Assembly: GCA_977030845.1 (NCBI GenBank)
Contig: OZ365110.1
Location: 41,168,001 to 41,232,000 of the forward strand
Direction of reading: 5' to 3'
DNA: 64,000 nucleotides
From: Fimbriosthenelais zetlandica
Lineage: Eukaryota
Shown: one piece after another, positions 52,235 to 64,000 of the stretch
How positions within the stretch are numbered: position 1 is the first letter of the stretch
Layout of the letters: each line of letters begins with the position of its first letter
Made by a program: the position numbers and the translations under genes
The notes under the pieces: model-generated
The model's database searches: none
Told to the model about the DNA's origin: nothing
What the model saw: only the letters and a program-made list of their open reading frames with translations

Positions 52235-55195
52235 TCATTTCTCCTTCTCCTCGTCGTTCACTGATGGTGCACCATCGCCCTGCGGTAATTCCAGGTACGG
52301 TTGAGCGCCACGGTAGAGGACGTAGTGTTGAACCATAAACAGAATATCAAACAAGACCGAGAAAACTCCAAGACCAAACTTAGTGGGATTCCCAAATACT
52401 GCCTCCCAGTCATCTGTAGAAAAATGAGAGGGCAAAACCGATGATTAGTAATTCAAGAAAGGTTTTTTGCAGTAAAAAAATATATAAAAATTATAGCAAG
52501 TATGGATTGTCCTTGGTCAGCTAGTTTCAAACTTACCATTGTTAATAGAAAGTAGGAACATTTGGATGATGCTAAGAGATCCACCAGTAAAATCGAGGAT
52601 TATGTTTCCTATACTCCAACCCATAGTGCTCTTACGGCGATAATTCATATAAGCCTAGAATTTAGAAATAGTACATTTAAATATGATTTGTATAATAATA
52701 CTATATTTAATATGAATAATATATCCTAGAAAACATGCACAAAGACATCCTAAGGTTGGAAAGTACTATTAGCAATTATGGTCAGTTGGGGCTGCGGGTT
52801 TTGGGGGGGGGATGTATGAAATGCAATGACTGAAGGCATAAGGCATATTGACACAATTTGGAGGTTAAATTGTTTTTGAATAGAGACAGGTTACGCCTGC
52901 AATTCCTAGGATATGCCCAGGATACGAACGAACGAACGAATGAATATAATTCATTTACCTGGGGGACATACTTGATGAGTGTAATGCCGAGTTTAATGTA
53001 AGAGAAGAAGTAGAGGAAGTTGAGCCAGCTGATAACTTTAAAACAGGCAATAATGAGTGAGACGACAGCGAACAACCAGCAACCAGAAACCACCGCTATA
53101 CAAACTTTAGACAGTCGTTGATTCCCCCGCTGTAAAATAACATATTATGGCTATAAATCAAAATAATATTTTGAAAAAAAAACTAAAATCATGAAATTAA
53201 TTACTTGAAAAACCGATTTCTATTTCTGAATTGACATTATACTCATGTTTCGAGTTGGATTTCTTTCAAGTTTGTTAATTCAGCCATTTGCTTATTATTC
53301 AATACACTAATATAGTAATTTAGCTGACATAGTAAATGTTACTGAGGAGCACTATAGATGTAGATCTATGAACTTACGTCATATATAAAACATTGGGATA
53401 TTGTGACGAGTGTTAAGGCGGCCGCATGGATTGAAAAGAAAACATCATTCGGTTCCACAGGGATGACACTTCTAGGATGAAGTTCGTGATACTGATCCTA
53501 AAAGAAAAGAGGGTAAACTAATTAAGTTAAGTTACCGTAACCAATTTAATTAAGTTAACCAATTACGGTAAAAGGTTTGTGATATAAAGTGTGTGTTGTT
53601 CTTTACCACTGAAATTTTGCTCTCGCGAAGAGAACTTCTCTTATAAATATATTACCTGAATTGCTGGGATCCAGAAAAGCCCAACATTAAATAGCAAATA
53701 GCAGATGAAGCCAGTCGCGTTGTAAAGTAAGAAGTCAAAGTTGAGCCCAACCACACTGTAACGAATAAACACAAATTATAAATTATCTCAAAGTATTTAT
53801 ACATTTTTCTAGTCGTTTTGAAACATCATAACTAAACACAAGGACGTGAATTTTTAATGGTCCGACATTTCGACACCGGACAGCACTGTGCCTTTTTCAC
53901 GAACATTACTTTACTATTTATATTAAATTGAACTTTGTACCGGTATTTAACACTGAGATATGAGGAGTTCCTCTTGCCTTTTGCGTTTCCAGTTAATGTA
54001 GACTTGTGGGTAGAAGGACACAGACCAAGCCACGAAATATATCCAACCTATGACTACATTAATGATAGAAATGGCTCGACTCCGTACCACTGTTACTCGC
54101 AGGAATGTATTATCCAGGCTGGAATATTTTAACAGATATTATAAGATATTCTCAGATTTATAGATGAAGTTCCCTGAAAATCCCCAAAATCCATTTACCG
54201 GTACATGTATTGATCTATAGAAATAATCATACATGTATAATCACTCCCTGCCACTTCGAAATTGTGATGAGATAGTGCCTGGGCTACATAATATAACATG
54301 AGTAATAGATTAATTTATAATTTGGCCTGGAATCCAAATCAGTTAGCTGTAAACTTATAATAATCTAGAACACTACCTGGTGTAATTGACATCAAGTGAG
54401 GATGAATTGGCCACGACTAGTACAGTACCAGGGCGTTGGGGAATAATGGAGATGTTGCCTTTAGTGGTGTTAACATTAAATGCGACATCAGGAATGTTTT
54501 CTATGACATTAATGCTCTGATTACGGCTGAGAGCATCTCCCTCTTGGTACAGGAATTCAAATATTATCCTTTCCTGAGGTTTCTCACTGTAAAAAATTAA
54601 TTATTTAGCCAGGGAAACTCAAATTTAGTTAATTATGCAGGTTACCGTATATGTATTATTTTATAACTATAAGTATATTACCGTACGGGTCTACTTTTAT
54701 TAGGTATAGTACAAAAGAATCGTGATGGAAGGAAATCAAGAAATACATTTGCTGGAGAATTTGCATGAGTATAACTCAAGAAATACTCACTTTAGATTGA
54801 TGAAGATAGTTTTTTGGGGGTCATGAAGTTGAAGTGTGTCAGATGTTTCACTGAATGTCAAGGTGATGGTCCCATTTCCAATAAAGTCTGGGGAAAAGGT
54901 AATGGAAAGATAATAATTTATTATATTTTATTAAAATTATTTACACTGTACACTGGGGTACACTGTACTTGTATTGTAACACAGTACCCGACAATTCCAA
55001 TTTCACTACACTATCGTTGCCTTTGCCTTTGGTCTGACTCCGAGTCTGAGATCTAAACTAAAGTCTAATAAAGAATAAAAATATAATTTCTTCAAATCAT
55101 GAAATTGACAACAGCCACAAAAGTTAATACAAACCCGCAGAAGCGTGGACTGCAAAACAGAGGGAGAATAAGACGAAAGTCTTCTGCAGATCCAT
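52235..55195 (-). CDS. CTNS: Cystinosin (lysosomal cystine/H+ symporter, PQ-loop), complete 9-exon CDS, 398 aa
   Basis: Exons: 55195-55135, 54887-54791, 54586-54377, 54118-53978, 53755-53656, 53497-53378, 53129-52959, 52654-52537, 52413-52235 (1197 nt). Signal peptide [20 protein letters not shown], then an N-glycosylated lumenal domain. Conserved motifs [67 protein letters not shown] and [10 protein letters not shown]. Confidence 0.97.
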
Positions 55196-55608
55196 TCCAA
55201 ACGATGTTCTGTTTAATCTCGTGACACAACACCTCCCACAAAAACAAACCTCTATTATCGCTCAGACACAAGTTGATGATACGCGAGAGAAAGCGAGGAC
55301 TTCCTGTGCCCTCGAAAATAACGCTGCCTAAACCGTGATTTTCTGGCTAGTAAGAAAGTTTCCCAAGTGAATTGTAAATGAGGGGATACAAAAGTATTCA
55401 GTTATTGTGACCTTCTCGAACATTCTACACAGAGAACCCGATTAATGGTCTAAACATTGTAGGCAGTGTACCGGTGCGCGTCAGAGATGTGAGCAGATAT
55501 GAGCGCCATCAGTCTGGTAACGGCGGCTTAAGGAACTAGAAACTACAACAGTTTACAATTTTGGATATTTGCGATTGTACCGTTTTCCACTTAAAATCAG
55601 CAACAGAA
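55196..55608. promoter_or_regulatory. Compact bidirectional promoter region between CTNS and TRNAU1AP
   Basis: Divergent ATGs 413 bp apart; locally CpG-richer; ETS-like cttcctg; CTNS acceptor-like site 13 nt upstream of its ATG. Confidence 0.7.
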
Positions 55609-55641
55609 ATGTCGTCACAGGCTACATTATGGATGGGAGAT
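55609..55641 (+). CDS. TRNAU1AP: tRNA selenocysteine 1-associated protein 1 (SECp43), exon 1 (MSSQATLWMGD)
   Basis: ATG at 55609; GAT|gtaagt donor; matches the SECp43 N-terminus (SLWMGD). Confidence 0.9.
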
Positions 55642-55974
55642 GTAAGTAGACCATTGTTTTCACAATTTTAGTGTAATCAATCCTTATTTTTCTATAAATT
55701 ATCCACTAAATCTCGGTGGCGCTTCTAGAAGCCTGCTACTTTCATTTATTATCGCTCACTATTTACACGCTTGGCCGACGCTTACACTACGATAGCACAT
55801 GGATCATGTTTATAAAGACGTTTTTCTGAATATGTAAATACAAAGAAATCGAAATATTCTCACCCGTGCCAAAATATAATTATAATTCTCTAGACTAAAA
55901 ATTAAAATACCGACAGCATGGCCATGGCATGCCAGTGGCAGTGTCCAGTGATGCCATCTGTGCGTATGGCTATA

Positions 55975-56070
55975 TATGTGGCCTATGCTATGGCTATGGC
56001 TATGCTATAGGGTTAGCCAGTATAGGCCTAATAGTACTCTGTCTACCTATGGCTATGCTATGGTTGGGAT
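55975..56070. repeat. Low-complexity (GCTATG/CTATG)n tract
   Basis: cctatgctatggctatggctatgctatag...ctatggctatgctatgg. Confidence 0.7.
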
Positions 56071-56944
56071 TCATAGGAATATGTGACAGACCTATACTAC
56101 AGACTGCATCTGATGATGACATGCTTGTCCATACCCATCCCTGTACTATTATAAATTTATCTATTATAATAATAGCCATATGATATATTATAGCCATATC
56201 ACATATCTTACTCAACTATCATGAATTATGTACCGGTATGTAGCCTCACCCTATATTTGATAGACTAATGATTTCAAAAAGAACATGTTTCTGATTGTTT
56301 TTTTTTTTATGTAAAATTAACCCCCCCAATTTTTTTTTGTACCTGTCCCTATTATAGGAAACAATAATTATTGTGTATTGGCGCTTCTGCCTCGGATCAT
56401 TCAGATTCCAATTGAGGCCTGCATGTTATGAGCCAAATTAGTTATTACAGTGCCAATGATGTGTCATAAAAGTATCCCCTAAAAGAGTGAACAGGAAGAA
56501 GGTATCGACCATTGTCTTAAGTTAACCGTCGGCGTGGATATTCTTAGACGTACCGGTAGATTTGACATCCAGACTTATAATAAGGCAATGCCTAGGCCTA
56601 CAGTAATGCTCGTATCTCATAATAAATAAATGTATCAATTCATAACGTGGGCCTTAAGATTATCTGTTTTTATAATATGATCTGAGCCTGGCTATTTATC
56701 ACCTAATGTAGAATAGATTGATGAGTTTTTAAGTATTAATAATCCTTCATAAACTTTACTCTCACCCAGTCCCAACCCAATAAAAAACAGAAGGATTGTC
56801 TTATATTCCTGTGATAAAGTGAATATTAATGCCTTTTGTTGTTGTATAATATTTCGAGTCGGAGACAAATATAAATTTATACATACCAAACTGTTTATAA
56901 GTTAACATACTGATTTCCTGACTGGGCTTCTTCTATTTTCACAG

Positions 56945-57042
56945 CTGGAACCTTATATGGACGAAAAGTTCATTGAGGCCGGATTTAAGTCCATGGGAGA
57001 AAACGTTCAACATGTGAAGCTAATTAAAAATAAACGGACGGG
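56945..57042 (+). CDS. TRNAU1AP: TRNAU1AP exon 2, RRM1 first half (LEPYMDEKFIEAGFKSMGENVQHVKLIKNKRTG)
   Basis: ctattttcacag acceptor; GG|gtaagt donor; 98 nt; matches [33 protein letters not shown]. Confidence 0.92.
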
Positions 57043-58752
57043 GTAAGTGAGCCTTTATTGCTTACGGTATAGGAACAGTTTACCTAATACTGATGTTCAG
57101 AGTGAATGACCGCATTTTCCAGAAATATCTAAACAAAATAATGGATTCACATTGCATGACGTACATATGTAATTCTGCCTCAGATGAATTTAGGGAGTGT
57201 AAGGTAACTGGAAGGGATGTAATTTTCTGGGTCAGCTACATACAGCAAATGGTTTTACACTGGGTTTCAAGTTGTAAATAACAGGAAATGTCTAAGACCT
57301 AGTCTAGGCCATACTGGATCAAATGGCCGTATACCCTGGACTGTTTACAAAGTTAGTGAGATAAGGAATGTATCGGGAATAATTGATACTTGAAGGTTGA
57401 ATTGGTGTTTTCAAGATTTCAAGACTAATGGTGTGGTCATGTTCTGAAAAATGTTAGGAACGTAACGTTAGATCTACATTTATTTCTCTCTCGCAATAAG
57501 AAATACCATTTAATCACATGCACTATTTAAGTTACCTGTATGTGTTTCCGTGACTGAAAGACTCGCCCAAAAAATGAATCTATATAAAAAGGACTTGCTG
57601 GGGGCCAGCTGACTCAACAAAAACATCCCTGCCACCATGATCCGTTTATACATTTAGTCCGAGCTTAATCTCATTCCAAGTAATGAAACGTAAGATTGTA
57701 AAAATATGTCACGATAGGAGAGCTCCGAAGCAGGTTGCTGATATACGGAGATTTATTGTCAAAGGCCGTCTACGTAGGTTAAACAAATAAAAACCTTAAT
57801 TGACCCATATCTTTGGAATGCACCCAAATATATATATATCTAGCATGATGTTTGTTTTGAAGGCGTCAATATTAATTTTTCATTATATAAAATATTAAAT
57901 TAAAAAAATAAGTGAGAAAGGAATGGGAAAATGAGACACGGGACCAAATACTTTAATTAATTTGAATTTAGATTTAGATTCAGACCCTCGCATGGATTGG
58001 CTATCATTTGGAGAAAATGACGGTAAAAGTCAGGGAATGGAAAACCCCGGCCGGGGAAATGCCTTATTTTTCGTAGAGTTCATTTCCGAATTATGACTTT
58101 TTTCGCTTGTCGGCCCAGTTCACTGTCCTGACATCAGAGATAATGATGTACCTGGAATGGAGTGCGGTTAGGTTATGGATTTTCAAGCACCTTGATTAAG
58201 ATTGATCTATATTTGAGTCAATTAGGGATCAACTTTCATGAAATTCTTAGTTGTTATTCATTATTCATAAAACCTTCTACAAATTTAATTCCTTTCACCA
58301 TTTCTTATTAGGGGCTATAAATTATACTGTGTTATTTAAAGGATGGTTTTTTTACTCTCTGCAGCTGGGGCATCGTCCTTTCTTCTGTTTTGTTGCTCCA
58401 TATTCAATGTTGTACATATATATAGACTATTATTAGTATACCATTAGTAGTATACTATTCCTTATAATGATATCGCCAATATCTAATGTCTGATTTATTG
58501 TATTTATATATCATGATTAGCCACAGAAACTTTGGTTTGACTCTCTCTCTCTCTAGTCCTGGTATGGGATGGTCTTTCGGGCTAGTATCATAATGTGACA
58601 TATACATATCGATTATGTTTGAAATTATTACTATTACAACTATAATTATCATATACCCTACCCATGAAGTGTGGGGGTTTGTGTAAGTGTCCTTGGCGCC
58701 TGTGCAAAACTATATACCTGAGATATTTGATTGAACCGTATAAAATTATTGC

Positions 58753-58851
58753 CTTGTATGTTATGAGTGATACTGTTATTGTTTGTATGTAAATTATTTT
58801 CTTGTGTGTTATGAGTGATACTGATATTGTTTGTATGTAAATTATTTTCTT
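58753..58851. repeat. 48-bp tandem duplication
   Basis: cttgt(a/g)tgttatgagtgatactg(t/a)tattgtttgtatgtaaattatttt at 58753 and 58801. Confidence 0.9.
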
Positions 58852-61338
58852 CTATATATATCACAATAACAATGACATAACATGGTCACACACACACACT
58901 GTCACATGCACACACCCACCCCCTGTCATACCCACACACACACATACACATATATATACCCAGCAGGAACGACTGGTGGATCAATACATCTGCCAAGTTC
59001 ACACATGTACCCACTCATACGCTTACACACCACGCACTGGTCCACTCCCACTCGGTGAGAGAGCTCCAGTATTACAAGTCTAGCTTCATATTTCTCCTCC
59101 TGGCTTGTACAGGAATTAACATGAAAGCCAAGAACTCATGAGAACTCTAACCAGAATTAAATTACAAGCCACAGAGCGAGTGCTGCACGAGGAAGGTGAG
59201 CATAGCGTGTCGCAGTGTCAATATTGCTCTCGCCTGCCTGTGGTCGTCTGCCCATATAATATATACCACTCACCTCCTACCTCCAGCCAAGCCAAGTCAG
59301 TCAGTAGGACTGGCTGCATTTAGCCAGCCAGCCAGTCACTCACTCAGTCATTTCTCTCTCCCATCACCACACACCGATACTCATCACTCAAGGAGAATTG
59401 AAGCCATTATTAAAAACTCAAGGACCATTTATACTGCAAGTTTCACCAATAGAATACATGAACTATATATGAATATCGGGAGCCGGAATACACACCAGAC
59501 AGGATAATAATACAGAGAGTTAAAGGCCACAGGATCGACGTACAACAGGCCCCACAGCACGGACATGACCCACACAGCAGCTGCCAAGGCCTGGGTAGGT
59601 TAGATGCTCACTATACCTAATCATCACATCCTTTAAACCTCTCATCCAGGTCAATTAATTAGCGCTAGCTTTTTTAATGACATTATTACTCATACAGCTT
59701 ACTTAGTTGGAGAGAGTAGACCACTTTGGACTAGCTCTCATACACTTTCAGCTCTACTATAGACTGCCATATGTTACATTCATATCTTTTTTCGGCCTTT
59801 CAAAGCTGCTATTGTTGTATGATTTCTCTCTTAATAACTACCATATGGATCACCCACATCTCTATTCTAATTGCTTGAACTTTTACTATAATGTTAAAAG
59901 CCCAGTTTTATATCAAATGCTTTTGTTCCAAGAATGTCAGACGTTCCTCTTTATTGCATTACCCCGCATTTCGGAGTTAAATCAGAAATAATATGGAAAG
60001 CCCCATGGGGGCTTTTCATTTGGATCATAATATTTTATGTTCTTTAACATTATACATATTTTTAAAATTCTACTCTAAACTTGTATTCTACTCTAAACTT
60101 ATATTCTAAACGGAACAAGCCTAAAACTGCATGGGATCAATTTTAAGTATTTCCACGAATTCATATCTTTTATTAACTTAAAAGTTGTTTTTTTTCTGCC
60201 GGACTGGTCTCAAAATTTGTCATTGGACCTGGACCGTCCAGTCTGCCTGGTGCTCAGTGATGTTTACTGACCGGAAATAAATAATGAAATTAACTCCCAG
60301 CATATACATATCTGCATACCGGTCCCCTCCACATTAATTGAATCTATTCTGGTTCTGCTAATCAAAAGTGCAGGGCCTTCGGTTCGCCAATGCTTTTATG
60401 AGAATAACTACAATTTCCATTGAGCCCTCAGGGCTGAGAATAGACTAATGATATACCCGTGGAAATGGTACAGCCGGTCCAATTCCCACACTCTTGGATC
60501 GGATTTTCAATATTTTACATATGAGGATTTGAGAAAACGTTCACAATTCCTTTTGTTTCTAAACATAATTTAATCATTAGGGTTATATTTTGTTCTTCTT
60601 TAAAATACTTTGTATGTTATACATTTTCTACATTTACTTTCGGGCAAAAGTCAGTACTGATAATTGGTAATTTTGAATCTATGAGCGAGTTATTTGAATG
60701 CGGGTTAGTTTAGGCTACCTATTTTCTGGTATAAATTCTGGTAAAAATTACAAGTATGAAGTAATGCACTAGGTTGAACGGACTTAATTTACATGATAAT
60801 TACATGTTTTGCCTGTTATGCAAGCATGAGTTGAATGGCATTATCTTATGAAATTATACCACTGAATGTCAGCCAACGGATTCTACTTAAGAAAGAATTT
60901 GGAGGAATCCTTGTAATTATGCATTCCTCCAATGTAATTTAAATTGTTCTGAAAAATTGTTGGCAGCTCCTTTCCAGCTTAATAGTCAGAATTTGGATAA
61001 TGTTCACCAAACCATTTTATTTACAATTCCTAATTTACTAAATGCTGCCGTCATAAAAAGTAAATTCCGTTATCATATCCCTCCCTCCCTAACTCTCTCC
61101 CAACCACTCCCACTCCCTCTCACGATTTAAGCAGAAGTAATTATCATAAATTAAAAAAATGTATAAATGGTGGTTTTATCGAGCTTCTACTAAGGTTTTA
61201 TCCATAAATTATGTGCCATGAATCTTACAATGACCTGGAACTATTTTTTTTATTACTTTAGATGAAACGTCTGACAATCTTAGGTGTATAATTATGATGA
61301 TGAGCATAACCTATAACCGGACTTTGTTACTGTTTCAG

Positions 61339-64000
61339 ATTTTACTGTAAAAAGTCTGAAAGAAGAGATCACTGCTACCAAATCATAGAGTGGATGTCGA
61401 TCACCAAGGAGGCTGCTAAAGCCAAGGGTGGAAGCGACAGGGAGCCGATCACAGAAGCTAGGAAATCCACAACAGAACCCAATATCTGGGACCAAGTCTT
61501 TGAGCCCGAGACACCAACCCTCAATGGAGGGTCTGGGAAGAATAAGCTAAAACAAGGAAATGTTGAAAATGGAAGAGAAAGAACCGATAATGATGCACAC
61601 AATCATGATGTTACGTCAACAAATGGAGGAAGTAGAGAGGAGGAGGGGAAGAGGAGAGATAATGGTGGAAATGATAAAGAATCCGATCATTCCTGGCTTG
61701 TAAGTCAGTTATACGGGGAAGAAAATGAGGAAGGAGAGGTTGGGGATGGACAACAAGAGAATTCAGAAAGTGGCCATGTAAGCCTGACTGATGGAAACAA
61801 TGGATTGGGTCAGGAAGCATTGTCACAGTCTCCCAATACCGGAGGGATCCACCACTCTACCGATGGACAGGTAGGCGGGGAAGGGATGACCACTGCCCCT
61901 CACACTGACCAGTCCAGCAGCTGGTGGAATGCTGGACAGTGGACTGGAAATTGGATGGGTGGATGGCCTGGCGTTGTTCCACCACATCCGCATCCATACA
62001 CTTCTAATAATACTGAAAGTACACAAGCTTATAACGCATGGCTTTCTGAATACAACCGGTCTCAGGCTAACCACTACTGGAGACAGGGGTCCTGGGATGG
62101 GAGATATCGGGACAGGAGTCAGGATAGGAGGTACAGTCGTGACAGGAGCCGTTCACAAGAGCATGACTGGCGGGATCATAGGAGGAGAGAGACCTCTGAT
62201 AGGGAAAGGGATAGAAAAAAGGAGAAGGAAAGGAGCTCAAGAGATGACAGGGACAGGAAAGATGGTAGGAGAAGTGGTAGGGATTATGACAGGTCGAGGA
62301 GTAGTACTACATCAGGTTCACACAGTGGCAGAAGTAAAAGTTACCACACTGATAGTAGGCGAGAGAAGGAGCCTACAAGGAGTGACTCCTATCGGGCCAG
62401 AAGAAGGGACAGAGACAGCTACCAGGAGGACAGGAAGGACAGAGATCAGTCACGACACAGTGAACGCTACTCTTCGAGACGTGAATCCAACGAGAGGGAA
62501 TCCCGGAGCAGAGATACAAATGGGGAAAACTCAAGTGTGAAAGATAGAAGGGATTCCCGTTCACGGAGAGACAATCGGGACCCAGCGTACCGGGATAGGA
62601 GCAGAGGCTCTAATGAACCCGCTGTATTGGACCAAACAAAGGAGAAAAGCCTCGAGAAGGCAAATGAGTGCTTTCTTAATGATGAAGTTACCTTGAAAAA
62701 GCAAGAGAATAATAGGGACCCTCCGAAGTCTTCGAGACCGGCAGAAAGCAAAAGTGATGATGGAGTTAAGATGGATGTCGGTCTGAAAAAAAGTTCTGAA
62801 AGAGAAGTGCCCAATGCCACTGTTCAAAAAGAGGAAAAGAAAAGAGGTGACAAGGCAAACCAAAGTGGAAAGGTTAGTGAGACGAAACGGACAAGAATCA
62901 GAATTAAGAGTTCATCTGACTCAGGATCAGAATCCAGCTCCTCTTCCTCCTCCTCTTCATCCTCTGGTTCAGGTTCCTCTAGCTCTGGATCCAGCTCCAG
63001 TTCAGACTCCAGTTCCAGTTCCTCCAGTGATGAGGAAGACGAGGATGAAGCAAAAGAGACTGAGGAGCAAGAAGAGAAAGGAAAGGTTGAGAAGTTAGAA
63101 TCTACAGCGACTCATGGGCATGAGAGAGAGCATCTTGAGAATGAGAAGGAATCTGCAAAAGTGACATTAGATGATGCACAAAGCAAAGGTGGACAAGAAA
63201 AGTGTGGTCTTTCCCCTTCCCATATCACTAGGAAAGAAAAGGAAAAAGATAAACTGCAGCAAGAAAAAGATAAGAGATCACAGCCATTCAACAATAGATT
63301 GCCTGTTCCTCGCCAAGTGGGTTTAAAAGAAAAAATAAAAATAAAACTGAAACCACGGCCTATGATTATGAAACAAGAGCTTCATATGAAGCCTGTTGAT
63401 CTTCTGGCTACAGATGATCTCACTACTGAGTGTTCTGAGCCTGACATTAAAGGAAATGTGATGTGTGTTGAAGAAAAGGACATACAAGAAGGGGAGAAAA
63501 TAGGAAAGGAGGAGGAGAAAATAGGACAAGAGGAGGAGAAAGTAAGAAAAGAAGAGATTGGAAACGATGTGGAGAACATGGGAAAAGAGGAGGACATAGG
63601 GAAAGAAGAGGAGGAAATAGGAAAACAAGGGGAGGAAATAGGAAAACAAGAGGAGGATATAAGGAAAAAAGAGGAGGAAATAGAGGAAGGGAAAGATGGA
63701 AAGAGCGAGAACCATGAAGTGCTTTATCCCCATGAAAGCATGGCTTCATCTTTAGATGTCCCAGAACAAGAAGATAAAAATGAATATGCATTACAAACAG
63801 TGGCAGAAACGAGCCTTGGTGCTAATAAAGCCAACTTGAATTTGAATCAACCAAGTGAGAAAACCAACCAAGATCCTGTAATAAACCCTGAAAAGAAGAA
63901 GGAAGAGAAACCGATTGTCTATGATGATCCACCCAGCCCTCGTATCCCTGGATTCATGGATTCACCGAACCCAGGGTCTGTAGGAGGTGACCTGAACTAC
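61339..64000 (+). CDS. Giant exon / long open frame (>=887 codons, 3'-truncated) encoding an intrinsically disordered RS/RD/RE-rich, poly-Ser, acidic protein
   Basis: tgtttcag acceptor at 61338; the frame starting at 61340 (FYCKKSERRDHCYQIIEWMSITKE...) has no stop up to 64000; in-frame stop upstream at 61307; first ATG at 61394; absent from the ORF track because it lacks a stop. Confidence 0.85.
63488..63690 (+). repeat. 21-bp coding tandem repeat (EEEKIGK-type heptad)
   Basis: gaggaggagaaaatagga(a/c)aa units with period 21, in frame in the giant exon. Confidence 0.8.

Noticed and set aside
54988-55056. Extra CTNS exon candidate (..[12 protein letters not shown])
   Set aside because: Every available acceptor gives a stop in the phase required by exon 1, and exon 1 joins 54887 cleanly.
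58030-58095. NPGRGNALFFVEF and (58365) FFCFVAPY as TRNAU1AP RNP1 exon
   Set aside because: Wrong phase or no acceptor, followed by early stops; only superficially similar to GYCFVEF.
58985-59130. Minus-strand KYEARLVILEL as a CR1/L2 reverse-transcriptase C-terminus
   Set aside because: Similarity is limited to a few residues and no upstream RT motifs are visible.
61375-63791. Several ORF-track entries (61929-62540 +, 62814-63098 +, and many minus-strand Phe/Leu/Ser-rich ORFs)
   Set aside because: Shadow frames of the real long frame starting at 61340, which is open to the window end.

Overview
AT-rich eukaryotic genomic DNA with spliceosomal introns. It is most likely from an invertebrate deuterostome such as an echinoderm; this is inferred from gene content, intron sizes and abundant TAGGCCTA/TACATGTA octamers. 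The coding content has five parts. (1) The 3' 13 exons of a 5'-truncated multi-thioredoxin-fold, PDI-like gene (+, 294-21483), with one intact CASC motif. (2) After a ~21 kb non-coding interval, a two-coding-exon KLF2/4 gene (+, 42601-45728, 475 aa). (3) A complete 9-exon cystinosin gene CTNS (-, 55195-52235, 398 aa) with one GC-AG intron. (4) Head-to-head with CTNS, exons 1-2 of TRNAU1AP/SECp43 (+, 55609-57042). (5) A >2.6 kb open reading frame running off the window end (+, 61339-64000; RS/RD-rich, poly-Ser, acidic heptads), which the ORF track misses. The most interesting signal is non-coding, around KLF2/4. It comprises two copies of a composite CTTwTATA-GCGG-MEF2 element that resembles the vertebrate Klf2 shear-stress promoter palindrome as I recall it, a perfect DR5 (RARE-type) element, and miR-92 and tandem miR-124 sites in the 3'UTR. 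Repeats include a 175-bp intronic satellite in A-B-B-A-B order, a short hairpin MITE family with a conserved loop, pogo-like MITEs and microsatellites. All exon models were built by hand from splice signals and phase continuity, and no database searches were run.
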